From Glycera tridactyla (taxonomy: Eukaryota): a stretch of 64,000 nt of DNA. A program made the position numbers and the translations under genes. Below the pieces are notes generated by a model. The model made no database searches. It had not been told where the DNA came from and saw only the letters and a program-made list of their open reading frames with translations. Below, piece after piece: positions 26,400 through 39,584 of the stretch (its first letter is position 1; every line of letters begins with the position of its first letter). The stretch is taken from the NCBI GenBank assembly GCA_965644265.1, contig OZ286465.1, positions 100,254,001 through 100,318,000 of the forward strand. Reading direction: 5' to 3'.

Positions 26400-27140
26400 A
26401 TAGATGATGAGAGTATAAGATGGCAGAGATGATAATGATGAGGGATAGATGAGTGAGGACAGACAAGAATGAGAGGAATATAAATGAGAATATGAGGGGA
26501 TATATGAGAATAATATGTGAATAAGAGGGCTAGAGATGAAAATGAGAGAGGATATGAGGCAAATTAGCGGGGGATAGATGAGGAAAAGGAGGGACTAAGA
26601 TGGAATAAATGAGAAAGACATTAAGAGGGGAATGCAAGAATAGGAGGGGACACATAAGAATAAGAAAGATGATAATGAGAGGTCAACAGGTGAGAATGAC
26701 AGGGGATATATGAGAATAAGAAAGAGAGAGATGGGAATAATATGAGATAGGTGAAAATGAGAAGGGTAAGATGAGAAATAGGAGGGGGGCTTGCAATAAG
26801 AGAGAGATAGATGAGAATAGGAGAGGAATAGATGAAAATAAGTGCAGGGAGGATGAAAATAAGAGAGATAGATGAAAATGAGTGAGGAATAGACGGGAAT
26901 AAGAGAGGGCAGATGAGAATAAGACGGAAATAGATAGAAATAAGAGAAGGGAGGATGAGAATAAGAAGGAATGAGTGACAGTAAGAGAAAGATAGATGAG
27001 ACTGATAAGGTGAATACATGAAGATAACAGCATGGATAAGAAAGAGGGGGATAGATGGAAACAAGAGGGGAGGAGATGAGAATGAAAAAAGTATAAATGA
27101 ACACAGTAGAGAAATACATGAGGATAAGAGAGGGTAGAGA
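26400..27140 (+). repeat. Purine-rich low-complexity tract
   Basis: About 740 bp of GATGAGAATAAGAG-like words with strong strand asymmetry. Confidence 0.9.
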
Positions 27141-28519
27141 AAGGCACAGTCTGATATCAACTTGGCATATCCCATTTTCAATTTTCCCAATGAGAACTGT
27201 ATCAAACTAATTTAATGGGTAAATTTATCATGATTCATATTGCAATTTATATGAAATCCATAGATCTTAAATAAAAAGTCTTCATCACTATTCGAGTATT
27301 GTATATATACCGACTTACTCCCATATAATGACACTCTGATTGCAGTTTCGTTTCGCATTCACTTGACACATCATGGCAGAGATAATTTTGTCCATCCTGA
27401 CGAGATCATGCGATGTCATTTGACTTTTCTATGCTTCGTATAGTGCTGCGATGGAGGGTGATCTCCTTGCCGTAATCTCGTGGGAAAACATGATGTCAGG
27501 ATTACAACGGTCACACCATCTGGTGATATCTCACATGCGGAACAAGGTGGAGACAAGTGTGCCTACTCAACATACAACTAACTATACTCACCTCAAAATA
27601 CACTAAAATCACCCCATGATATCACCTCTCTCATCGCTCCAAATCACATTCAAATATTTCAGAATACAATTTCAAGCAAATGCATAACATAGAATATATG
27701 ACTGCAATGTGCAAGCATTCAATTTATTCACAGCTCATATTTGTAAGCTGTGATTTGATTGGATGTTTGCAAGGCATGCTGGGAGTTTGACGGTGAGTCG
27801 GCGTAAGTGAAGAGGGTGTACGCAGCAACAACGATGCCGCAGCGATGCCGTCTTGATGTATGTCTGCTGCGGGGAATTTGGATGTGGCCCGAACATAAAA
27901 TCTACAATCCAATTTGGTTGGGCCATAAAATGAGCAACACTTGCCCGTGAAGTTAAGCAGGGAATAAGTGACATGGTTAGCCAGCAGATATAGGTCACTA
28001 CCACTGATCTATCCGCCATCAATGGAAATACGATACTCTCCATCACCAGAACGAGATATTATCAAGAATTATCAGTTCAGGGTCACTCTTCCCACTAGAA
28101 ATTGTTATGAGTAACCCTCGATAAATCACAACATATGAAAAGACCACTTTTTTGGGCCCCCTTTCCATTTGACATATTCAAATATGCCGTAAATCATTAG
28201 AGACCACATAGTGTACGACCATCTCTGGGTGGTATCTCATGAGAGGTTCTGTTGTATTCATGTCCACATCCCACACAATGCCTTATGAAATGAGAGTGAA
28301 GTGAAACTTGTCATGAAAGACCTCCCCCTCCCTCCCTTGAAGGAATACCACCTCTGACAGGAGATCACTTTTTATGAATATAGCTTCTCTGTTTGACATA
28401 GTCAAATATGCCTCTAACAAAAGACCACCTCTTCTGAAGTTTCATTTTATTGGTTGATATAATTGTTTCATTCAATTCCAAAGGTGGTGTGCAAACTGGT
28501 CAAATGGGTAGACATTTGA

Positions 28520-28521
<2 letters not shown>

Positions 28522-28609
<88 letters not shown>
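28522..28609. repeat. (GACA)n microsatellite, about 22 units
   Basis: Directly visible. Confidence 0.98.
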
Positions 28610-28978
28610 GAAAAGATAGAATAGCATTTGGCAGGAACAGCAGTTCATTGAATGATATAGAGGTGTCAATATGCTCATGATTGTCCACATATAGTCCTTG
28701 TGAAATGGATACTCGAAATTTGGTGCTCTGTGAGCGATTCCATCATACAGCCATGATCAAACAAACATTTATGAGTTCAAATAAGTAATGGTTGATCACC
28801 TGATATTGTTATGTAGATGTTTTTTGTACATGTAAAGCTGTATATCTGATGAGGATATGATATTATTTGTATAGGAGGGAGCAGTGGAGGGTAGATTACT
28901 CTACCCAAACTTCTGAAGCCTTTTGAGGCCTTACATCAAATTGCTCACTTTCACTCCAGAAATACCATGACGAGTATA

Positions 28979-29154
28979 CAGTTGAACCTACTCTAAAGAC
29001 TACCTCTCTATACACCACCTCTCTATGAAGACCACCCTGAGCTACAACAGTGGTAGTATTTTCAACAGTAAATGACCTATCTATAAAGACCACCTGCCTA
29101 TAAAGACCACTTTTTGATGCGACCGAAGGTGGTCTTTATAGACAGGTTCGACCG
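28979..29154. mobile_element. MITE family B (CAGTYGAACCT TIR), TA TSD
   Basis: TA-CAGTTGAACCT...AGGTTCGACCG-TA with repeated AAGACCACC; homologous to 45417-45577. Confidence 0.9.
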
Positions 29155-32100
29155 TATCTGAGCCATGAATTGTATCTTGCGAATCATGTAATACAAATGA
29201 CATTTCTGTGACAAGTGAAAAAATGAAACAAGTGTTATCTAGGCCGAAACAGACGCCCACGCGCACACGTCCCTTGCTAGCGGGAAGATGAAGAAAATGT
29301 CTCGATGAATATGAGCGCATCATGTTTGATGCGTCTGATTGGGAGTGACCAGTGATTCTAAGCCGATTGCTGGTATTACACGAGCAGATTACATCTGTCA
29401 CATCTGTCACTTCTCTGCTACGTCAAATCCCCCCACGCCCCCTCCCCCTCCCCTTCAAACACCACTAGAGATGGGATGAGGGGCTCTACCAGCTGAAAGA
29501 GATGGAAAGACATTTCTTCATCAGAAGTGAACAAACTCCCTACCGAGGTACGCTTGGCAGTAACCTTGAACAGTTTCAAGAGCAGGGCTATGAAATTTTA
29601 TTCCCCAGGAATTACCTATTTCATTCACCCACTGTATTTGTAGCATATCACCTTGCTTTGTACTGTTATATATTTCATCACTCTCTGTCTTTCTTACATT
29701 TTGTCATTGGATCATGTTTGGATCTTTGTATTGTATGATTTTGCATTCAATGAGAGTGAGATATGAGCCCTTCTTGGTGAGTTGAAATAAAAGCTTCAAG
29801 CTCACTCTCATCCCCAACCCCATGTCGTAACTACTTATAACACTAAGAAAAAAGTTTTCGGATCTCACAATTTGCAGTTGATTATTGGTGTTAGGATTTA
29901 TTCAAACCAATCTTTGAATATCATTGATCAGCAATCCATCAGTGATACACCAATTAACCCTTTTCTATTCCTGACCGACAGATAATAAATCCATAGATGT
30001 AGGGGTTTACAGCCTTTAATCCTTAGCAAATTCTGAACTTTCCTTGGCAGGATAGTTCAAGCTTGAGCCTTTCTCATTTTGGAGGGGAGTAAAGGCCACA
30101 AACACAAAATTATTGCATGGGGTAAGTACTCTACAATCGGCACCCCTGCCAATAGCCAAGTACCTATTTACACCCAGGTGGAGTGGAATGGTGGAGGACA
30201 AGTGGTTCCACCAAGTTATCTCTACACAAGGCTGCCTCTCTGATGATGAGAATCAGAGGTAGAGATCTATGAAATGGTGCAGGTCCAGCTATGGATGGTG
30301 GGGCTTGCTCATTTCGGTCACCCATCTGAGCAGAAGCCCCAGCCATAGTTGTTAACAATTCTGTCCACTCAATAATAGGAGTGACTGCATTAGTTGATTG
30401 TGAGTAGAGTGTGAGGTTAAAGCGTACTTCATCAATCAGTATGTGCTAGTGATGGAGCCCTATCATTGTCTCCCATTATGGCAGGGATGAGATGAAATTA
30501 GCCAAATCTAGCATTCACTCATTACTGCTGATCCCTCTAANNNNNNNNNNNNNNNNNNNNNNNNNNNNNNNNNNNNNNNNNNNNNNNNNNNNNNNNNNNN
30601 NNNNNNNNNNNNNNNNNNNNNNNNNNNNNNNNNNNNNNNNNNNNNNNNNNNNNNNNNNNNNNNNNNNNNNNNNNNNNNNNNNNNNNNNNNNNNNNNNNNN
30701 NNNNNNNNNNNNNNNNNNNNNNNNNNNNNNNNNNNNNNNNNNNNNNNNNNNNNNNNNNNNNNNNNNNNNNNNNNNNNNNNNNNNNNNNNNNNNNNNNNNN
30801 NNNNNNNNNNNNNNNNNNNNNNNNNNNNNNNNNNNNNNNNNNNNNNNNNNNNNNNNNNNNNNNNNNNNNNNNNNNNNNNNNNNNNNNNNNNNNNNNNNNN
30901 NNNNNNNNNNNNNNNNNNNNNNNNNNNNNNNNNNNNNNNAAATATAAGACAAGATGTCATAATCTTGCCCATTTCGATTTATATTGAAATCATTCCATGA
31001 GAGATATGCATTCAGTTCAGGATAGATTTCGCAGAGGTACCACTGTCTATTATTCGCTATGTGGATTTTTACATTATATAATAACAAATGGTTTGACATT
31101 TCTGATTGCATACATTCTCACAATTGCTCCATATACATATAACCATGCACCTTATACCAACCATTCACCAAAAAATAAATAAACAATTCCTAATGCAATG
31201 CCTCGACTTTGTTATTTGTTCTAGGCTTCAGAATCTCTACCTTGTGCAAATCCATTTCCATACGTGGGCTTTGAAAGTTGCCGGGTGCAGATTTCATCTC
31301 AATTTTGGATTTTGGAGTAGAGCATTTTTGGTCCAGAATGTGAGAATGCCTTTTGCACTTTTTAGGATCTTCTTAGGGGTAGCTAAAAATTCCCACTGAT
31401 CCTTGTGTCCCATGTCCATGGGTCGCCTGGAGAGGGTATAATAAATTTCTGATGTATTCTGGTGATTTGCCAAAACTACTTTCATACAGTCCCTTTCTTC
31501 CAATAACCACCATCAATACAACCAATTCCAAAGCTACTGATTCGGTGGACATGATCGATACCTTTCTGAATGATACTTCTGGATTGGAGTGGGCACTATG
31601 CATTAATCAACGTCTGAAATCTTGGGGATAATCTCGCCTGGATGATGATACTTGGTTTGGTTGAGGAGATTACCAGCTGCATAGCTTCTGTACTGATCTG
31701 TTAACTAAACCCACTTGTGTCCACTTGTACCAGGGAGAGACAATACATTCAACCCAGATGGGTCAGGAACAAAAAGGCAGGTGGTGATCAAATGCTCTCA
31801 GAGGGCTAAATTTCAAACTTCAATTTTTTCAATAAACTTCCTTCAGGTGTCGGTACCCTTAGCCTGGAACATCAGGTTTGGGTCGTAGGAACACTGAATC
31901 ATCGTATCCCTCAAACATATACAAGCAATTATCAAAAGTTTGGTGTTGTAACACTTTTTGCCAGTTTGAGAGAAAACAGTTGTGGAAGCTTTAATTATGC
32001 ATTGAGCTACACACTATTTTGATACATTGTAACTTGGTCTCATACGCCAACCTTATGATAGAACCAGCTCTGTAAAAAGATTTTCTTCCTGGATGCATGC

Positions 32101-35100
32101 AAGTCAAAAAGGGTTTTGCAGGAGCACAGGTAGTTAATATGTGTGGACATGATGGTTTTCTTTCATTTGACACCAAATTTGTGGGGTTGTATTGTTCTGA
32201 TGCCAGGATATGATTTTTTTAAATAAAAGAGTTGATGATTGTTCATAAAAATAACCAATTTTAGGGTTATTTTTGCACTTTGACATCTGATAAATGATAG
32301 TTTCCATTGAGATATCATCTTGAAATTCAAGCATATGACTGAAATATATGTTCTGTCTTATTTAGTGAAGAGTTGGTGCAATTATATTCTCATGGTCTGT
32401 AATGGCAGTTGTTTTACTGATTTGGACATTTATCTCAGGCGCGATCACCACCTTTAGAGACAGTACCATATATAATTTTTGTTTTTGTTTTGTTAAATGC
32501 AATCAGATACAACAGTATTCTTCTCCAGGATGACGAACCGATAGAGCATAATATAATGTATATGATACGATGGTAAGGTGCGGGAGGTTGATTGAATGAC
32601 GTGACCTACCTTCTTCCTCCCCCCGTCTGAGAGTTGATTGAATGATTGGTTGGAATTTGATGGTAGGTATTCACCTGATGTATTCAGGGATCTACACAGA
32701 GGGTTGCCCCGCTGGCACACTCAGGCAGATTTGTTGTTAGGGCAAATCTTTCAAGACAATCTCTCAAGCATTCCCAATCTCTGGGAATTTTGAAGAAAAC
32801 TCTGACATTTGTTCTGGACTATAGATTATACATTTTATTTATCTCTGAAATATATTGATTTCAATTTGAGCAAGCACAGTACATTTCAATTTTTCCAACA
32901 ATAGTCAGTACTAGTTCCATTTTTGTAGCTATATCTATTAAAAAACATCTCCTTGTATTATTATATTGACTGGTATAGAACACAGGTAGCAGAGGAAGAA
33001 TAGGCTTATAGCCTAAAAATATTTCTTTGTATTATGTTTGTTTCTAGCTGTATACTACTTTCTGTAATCCACCTGTATAAATGAAGTTTTTGTATCTTGT
33101 ATCTTGTATCTTTATCAGTCTGTCTGCCTGATTGGCAGGTACTTAACCATTACCTAATCTACGATCATATACACAAGGGTAGGTGAAATTTGCAGGTTGG
33201 AAATTCAACTTCATTTGCCCTGAGGACAGCTAAAGAGAAAAGTTAACAAAGTTATTATACATGTTTTGTATTTCAGACCAATAAATTTTGACAGATCATC
33301 GAGGAATGTCAGGTATATATGTTATTGCAATGAAAATGAGTTCTTTCGCATCACTGTTAGAAAGATGGTGCATCAGACAAGGAAGAGTGACTGGACAGTA
33401 TGCGAGCGAAAGCAACACTACAACATTTTCACTTATTATCACTCATTTCAAAATGCTGAAACTCGCCTAGATGAGTTGTTTGTTGTGGCTGCTTCTCATA
33501 ATTTGGGTCGGTTGATGGTCATATTGAACAGATGGTCATTTGTCAGATCTCATTTCTGAGAGAAAAATTTGTAGGCCAAAAATGGTCACAAAGGTAGTAA
33601 CTCATCTGGAGGGGGGGGGGGACATTTGTCATCGGTGTGAGTGGGATTATAAACAACATTTCAGCTGAGGCTGTCTCCCGACAAAGGTACATCAATTTCA
33701 CAGCACAGTTGGCCATTCATAAATACTGCAATTAAGGTCAGTTCTTCCCCTTTTCTTTTTCTCCTCCATGCAGTGAAGAGCAGGAATATATTGTCCATGT
33801 ATGGCACAAGATGTATTATTGTGTGACAGAGTTATGGCCATAGGTTAATTATTCACTCATGCAAATTTACATGCAGATCCTATCACAGATTCCTCTTCCC
33901 AGGATGCACAGCTATAAACTTGCCAGTTTTAATGTCCATGCATTGAGCATGGTAGGTCATATATCTTGTAGTGGCTGTCAAGTTGCCCTCCAACCATTCT
34001 GGCATGTTATAGCAGAGCATGTCCCACAATGCAATTCCCTATCATAAACCCTACACAAATTCTAGGATTCCACTCCAAGGTTGAACAATGTCAGTCACCA
34101 AGGGCAACAGGAAGTAAACACAGGATGCACAACATCAGTGTCTCTAATCCTATTTTCCCCGCCAAAGTCTTGTCATTAATCACATCATACTGATGAGATC
34201 TGATGAATTATGAGACGTCAAATAGGATTAAAGTTGTTGTTCAATCACTAGATAAGCCGTAGATTAAGAAAATGAAGGTGGGCTTCAGTCGCAACATTTT
34301 CAGAGCACTGATTCTAAGAATAAATGACTTTAATAAGGGAATTTCTAGCTCAAGTTTATGCCTCCGCATCCAACTTCTGACAACATCAGATTTCATGGAA
34401 CAAATTTTCCCCTTGTAAAGTGAAGCAAATAAAATGAACTGAAGATCAAACAGCTTTCACCAGAGAAGAAATCAGAGTGACACGCTATAGTAATTTCAGC
34501 CCCTGACCATGACCAAGCAAGTGCAAAGCTGGCATGAATCGAAGCAATTGTTTGTGTCTTCCATATGCAATTTTTCCCATTCCAACTCAACCAAGAGGTG
34601 CTTTGGAAAAATCAAAAGTTGAAAAACAGAAAACATTACAAAGCAACATTCAACATTGAAGTGCAATCTGAATAGTTTAGCAGCAAAGAAAGCTTGCCCC
34701 TGCATAGGCTAGGCGGACAGCGTCATACTGGATATCCAGGTTCAAAGTCACAAGAAATTGGACGTGATTTGTACTCCATGATATATCATGAAACTAATTT
34801 CATTTAAAAATGTCCATGAATTTGTCTAGCCTCATGTGATGTGCATGTAAACATATATATGTTTCCGCCACCCAGCTCCAGTAAGACAGCATGACAGAAT
34901 CATGATTACTAAAGGTTTAGACTTAGAAGTATACAAATGAAAACCAAAATTAAAAGTTTCGAAGTTAGACACAATTGTACTCAATCTGAGCTCAACTGTA
35001 GCAGTTTGAAGTAGTCGACTCTTCCCTGAACAATTTGACACTTTCTTCAAGGTTGAGATCACTCAGATTGAGATGAGACGGTCCGTTCTGTGGACAGCTG

Positions 35101-35472
35101 TCAGAGAGAGATGATCTGCCTGAGGCAATCATCACTCATTCTGATCCACAGTCAGATGTCCCACTTTAATCTTCTCCGTGAAACTTCACACTCACCACCT
35201 TCACCCTAAAGCACATAAATCCATACTCATGCAAATATTTAAGAACATTCACTGGTAAAATGGGAGTGAACATGGAGAGAAAGAAGGGCTGGAGGAGTTT
35301 ACCAGGCATATAAGCCAACACAAGGCTGTCCATGGGGATACATGACCCCCCCCCCCCCAAAAAAAAAAAGTATGAAGAGAAAAAGGAAAAGTTCATACTT
35401 TTTTTCAGAGGGGCTTTGTATCTGCATGGTTCCACCGGCTGTCCTCAAGGAGCTGTGGCTAGAGTTGCATTA

Positions 35473-35615
35473 GAGTCAAGATTCCTTCAATCTTGGCTGG
35501 GCCGCCGGTTCTCCATTCTTCGGGATCTGAGATTTATAGCACCCAAAACCCAAACCTGGTTTTTCACTGATGACCTGCCAAACTCTGCTGCGGTTGTTCA
35601 CAGTTCTGCTGATGG
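35473..35615 (+). repeat. Dispersed repeat; second copy at 59595-59740
   Basis: Both begin GAGTCAAGATTCCTTCAAT and remain alignable to GTTCTGCTGA. Confidence 0.75.
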
Positions 35616-36518
35616 GTTTTTTGTGCTGGATGGTCTGGGTATCCACATGGATTCTAATTCACAACTCCTCCCTCCCTCCCTCCCTCCCTCCCTCCCTCCC
35701 TCCCTCTCTCAAGTTCATATGGATGAGAATCATGATTGTGATCCTTAATAAATACAGGGTGGAGTACTGCCCAAGAGAGGCTGGTTCCCTTCTTCACTAG
35801 ACACACCAAAATGTGAAGATACTTGCCCTCTATGTACATCATGAATCCAGGACTATTTAATGTTGACAAGTGTTTTGTATGTTTTGTATGGTGTTGATCC
35901 CCCTATCATGTGATGGGTTGTTCTACCCCTTTCAATACTCCATTCTAAGTGACCTAATTTTGAAGCCATTCTTTTTTTTTGCAGGATTTATATGACTGTG
36001 ATGGATGGTTCATGGTCTCTTTTTTCCCATTATTTACATCGAGCAAAGAATCCCATCCCATCGTGAGCAGAGAAGGACCACCGCATTCATCTCAGGCTAG
36101 TAGCCAACCAACAGATGCATAGTGCTGTCCCAGCAGTAGTTCTCTGCTACAATATGTATCATAATGTAGAAGATTCACGTTACTCACAGTGGTAGTTTGA
36201 AACTTATTCATAAGCTTTCGGGGATGAAATCAGGCCCCTTTCGTCAACTGATGGCAAATGCTTGTGGTAGCGTCATCACAAGACCTTGTTGTTGGGATCC
36301 TGTCACGTGATGTTGTTAGAATTATAGAATCTCCAGATATATAGGCGGGAGAATATGTCTGATACTATAAGCTTTATTTGGTCAGAGAGTGGGGGGGGGG
36401 GGGGGGGAGAGAGAGGATGTTAGATCTTGATGATAGTTTTGCTTCCAGACCATTTGAGGTCTGCAGGCCTAGTTACAGCTGAGAACCCCAACTTGAAATA
36501 AAGGCAGTATAGCACGAC

Positions 36519-36750
36519 TATATGGCCGTGAAGTAAAAACGCAATACCAAACAAGGAGTGAATTTCACCGAATGTCATGAGGCCGAAGACCGAGTGACAT
36601 ATTGAGAAATTCACACCAAGTTTGGTATTGCATTTTATCACATGGATTAGGGGAGATGTCATCAAAAAAGTAGTTCCCAACAGCTGTGACGTATCACACG
36701 CAATACTCAACACCCAATACTTCACCGAAAATGGCACATTCATGTGATAA
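36519..36750 (+). repeat. Family C, copy 2 (right arm partly deleted)
   Basis: Same 5' arm, central GGCCGAAGACC, same tail. Confidence 0.9.
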
Positions 36751-37559
36751 CAAACTATTTTTGATCATTGATTGCAATGCTTTCTCGCTATGCGCATTAA
36801 ACCTACAGAAGATTTTCGCTTGACTACCTTTCTTGCAGCGACACAGAAATTTCTAGAACCGTGGACTATTTCTATCCACAAGTAAATTGGTATTGATATA
36901 TGATAACATGTTGAAAAATGAGACTCATCCCATCTCAATGGTCACAGAAATGTGCTTGCAATTAAAAAGAAAACCAATTAAAAGATTATTAAATGGCTGA
37001 TATCATCATATTCTTCATTGATGCACTTTCCATACTGATGAGCGTTGCTCTTTTTCAGCGGCAGGCACGGAGATAAAGAATCAAGGACACATCTTTCTTC
37101 ATCAATTCATCGGTAATTATTTTTGAAGAATTTGCTTGCAAATCCTCTTATGGCACCATCGTCAAATCTGCTCTCTGCAATATGTCGGATCACATGGCAG
37201 GATAACTGAATGAAAGGAGACTCATTCAACTCAATCCCCATGCATTCTTAATGGGTGATTCAACAGAAGAATCATGTGTGGGTGATATGTGGAAATAGTG
37301 CTTTGTCAGAGTATGAAAACAGAACCTACTAGTGTTATCCCCTGCCTCCGGGTGGACCGGCACAGCCCACTTGTTCAGGAGGTGGAGCTATCCAAATGCT
37401 TCATCCTTTTTTATCCTCATCACAAAATACCAAACTCACCTGAAACATAAAATAGAATGATGTGAAAATATTCTATAGAAAAAAGAGCAGCAGTGTTTGT
37501 CTGGATGACAAAGGAAAGCAGACATTTGAGGAGCCCTATTCAAACCCCATGAACATCTC

Positions 37560-38135
37560 ACACACTACAGTACTTGGCAGGGAATATGGAAGAATGAAAT
37601 TTATGAAGGACCAATTCAATCATGTCTGGAGTATGCAGCATCAGTGTGCAGCCCGATGAGAATCAAGAATCAAGGAGATAGAAACTGTCAAGGGTGTGCA
37701 GCGTAGGGCAACAAAATTAGTCCCTGGATTGTCTGACCACAGCTATGAGGATAGACTGAGAGCAGTAGAATTACCCACTGTGGTCTTCAGGAGGCTACGT
37801 GGGGATATGATTGAGACTTTCAAGTTCCTGCATGACATATATGACATGTATCACAATGATATGTTACCCCCAGGTGGGGGGGGGCAGAGGAACAAGAGGG
37901 CACCCCTTGAAGAGGGCGAACAAGAGACTGAGAGCACATTTCTTCTCGCAGAGAATAGTGAACCAGTTGGACATGCTCCTAGAGGATTTTGTCACAGTGC
38001 GTCGAATAGTGAACCAGTTGGACATGCTCCTAGAGGATTTTGTCACAGTGCGTCCCGGCACTTAACAATATGCTAGACTCGATATCGGATGATGATGAAA
38101 ATCCTACGGCTACTTATCCTACAAGACAGAGATAT
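37560..38135 (+). mobile_element. CR1 LINE 3' fragment (RT C-terminus, degraded)
   Basis: EYAASVCSP, VQRRATKLVPGL, YEDRLRAVELPT, RRLRGDMIETFK, TRGHPLK, FFSQRIVN. Confidence 0.9.
37953..38054 (+). repeat. Perfect 51-bp tandem duplication inside the CR1 fragment
   Basis: GAATAGTGAACC...CAGTGCGTC occurs twice (37953-38003 and 38004-38054). Confidence 0.95.
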
Positions 38136-39408
38136 AACAAGTGCTATCACAGGCTTAGCTCTTAACCAGGCACCAATATGTTACGCAGGTATCGGAGTAA
38201 AAAGTCGTATTGATGAGCAAAGTCTGGCTATGTGATATCTAACCTCGAAATTGAATGTCAACCAGTTTTTCTTCAAATGTTGGCCTAGCTTTATCCCACA
38301 TAGCAAATTAATGTCTAGAATTTTTGTTGGCTCTTAGGAGGAATTGCATGATTATTCAGAGGTTGCACAAGTTGGGATTAAATTGGGTGGGGTGATTGTT
38401 TGGTTGGCTAGTTGGTTGATTGGTGCTAGCTAGGTAAACTTGACAACATCTTCCAATCCGATGGATTATCCATAAGCAGGACATGTGTTCCTGATCAACA
38501 TGGCTATATACTGCAAGCAATTTTCATACAAATCCTCCATTCATAAGATTGGAAACCAAAAAGTTGATTGTTCAAACACATATGTACCAATATCCCATCA
38601 CACAGATGACCCCCTGGCTGTATAGTTGATGTTTATCAGTTGTACATAGATTATCTCATCATATGTTTTAAATAGGTTTGTGTCAAGCGAAAATCCCACC
38701 TGGGATGACCACACATTGGAAGTGTTTGTGCAAAAGCTGAAATAAATTACAATTATCTCATCTTATCTCATATTCAAGGAGTCGAAATGAAATTCACTTG
38801 ATCAGTAACTCCAGGAATATACTTCAATGGAAGGATCCAATGAATCTTCACGAGCCGCACTGGCCCCCTGTCTGACCAATTCTAGGAGCCAGATCTACAT
38901 TTTGATAGTCAGTCGGGGGTGAGTTATTTGAAATTAGTGGAATGTCAGGTGCAAGCTGGCTCCAAACAATAAATCTCTGGTAGCCAGGGTTGAAATTAGG
39001 TAGCATCTGACTTCCCACAGGTAGCAATGGTAAGCCCTGGATGTTAGTCTGAGCAACTTCAGACAAGACTAAATGGGAATTCAAAATGGCTGTCCTCAAT
39101 CATTATTTGACCAATCACAGGGGCTTTCAACAATATGCTAATAACTGGGATCAGAGATGCAGCGTGGATTTCCCAGGAGTGATCTCTGATTAGGAGCATG
39201 AAATGAGGCGTTTGATGGGAGGTTGGCCCACTTGATACTAATGTACTGGCACAATTCAGCAGATTGGACGGGGAGTGAGGTAAAGGTCAATCAGGTCGCA
39301 TCCACTAAACATAGGGGATCATCTCTTAATCTTGTTCCTCCTTAACTGACTGATCCGTGGCACTTTTACCATGACTAATAAATATATGAGGGGATAAGCG
39401 TCAATTTA

Positions 39409-39584
39409 CAGTGAAACCTGCGACAAGAGACCGCCGTAAATGTCACCAAAAAGCCATCTCTCAAAAGAGGTGGTCTCTCGTCGATGGTATATTTGACTAT
39501 GTCAAATAGAAAAGCTGCCCTGGAAAAGCAGTCTCTCATTGGAGGTGGTCTCTCGTGGGGGGTCTCTCATCGCAGGTTCCACTG
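39409..39584. mobile_element. MITE family A
   Basis: TA-CAGTGAAACCTGCG...CGCAGGTTCCACTG; central TATTTGACTATGTCAAATA. Confidence 0.9.

Noticed and set aside
26595-27205. Three overlapping ORFs of 154-194 aa
   Set aside because: Stop-poor reading of a low-complexity pyrimidine strand.
28450-28690. RQTD and VCLS repeat ORFs
   Set aside because: (GACA)n translation artefact.
30492-31111. Long ORFs crossing N runs (also near 3.2, 7.3, 17.0 and 47.8 kb)
   Set aside because: Their length comes from assembly gaps.
33277-33312. Plus-strand 36-nt exon and an ATG exon at 29502-29547
   Set aside because: The splice motifs are reasonable, but joining them gives an immediate stop and nothing else supports a plus-strand gene there.
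35196-35205. 10-nt microexon (TTTAG|GGTGAAGGTG|GTGAGT, minus strand) and TTTTGAG|GTGAGT near 27590
   Set aside because: Weak pyrimidine tracts, a frame-shifting length or a rare GAG acceptor; within chance expectation.
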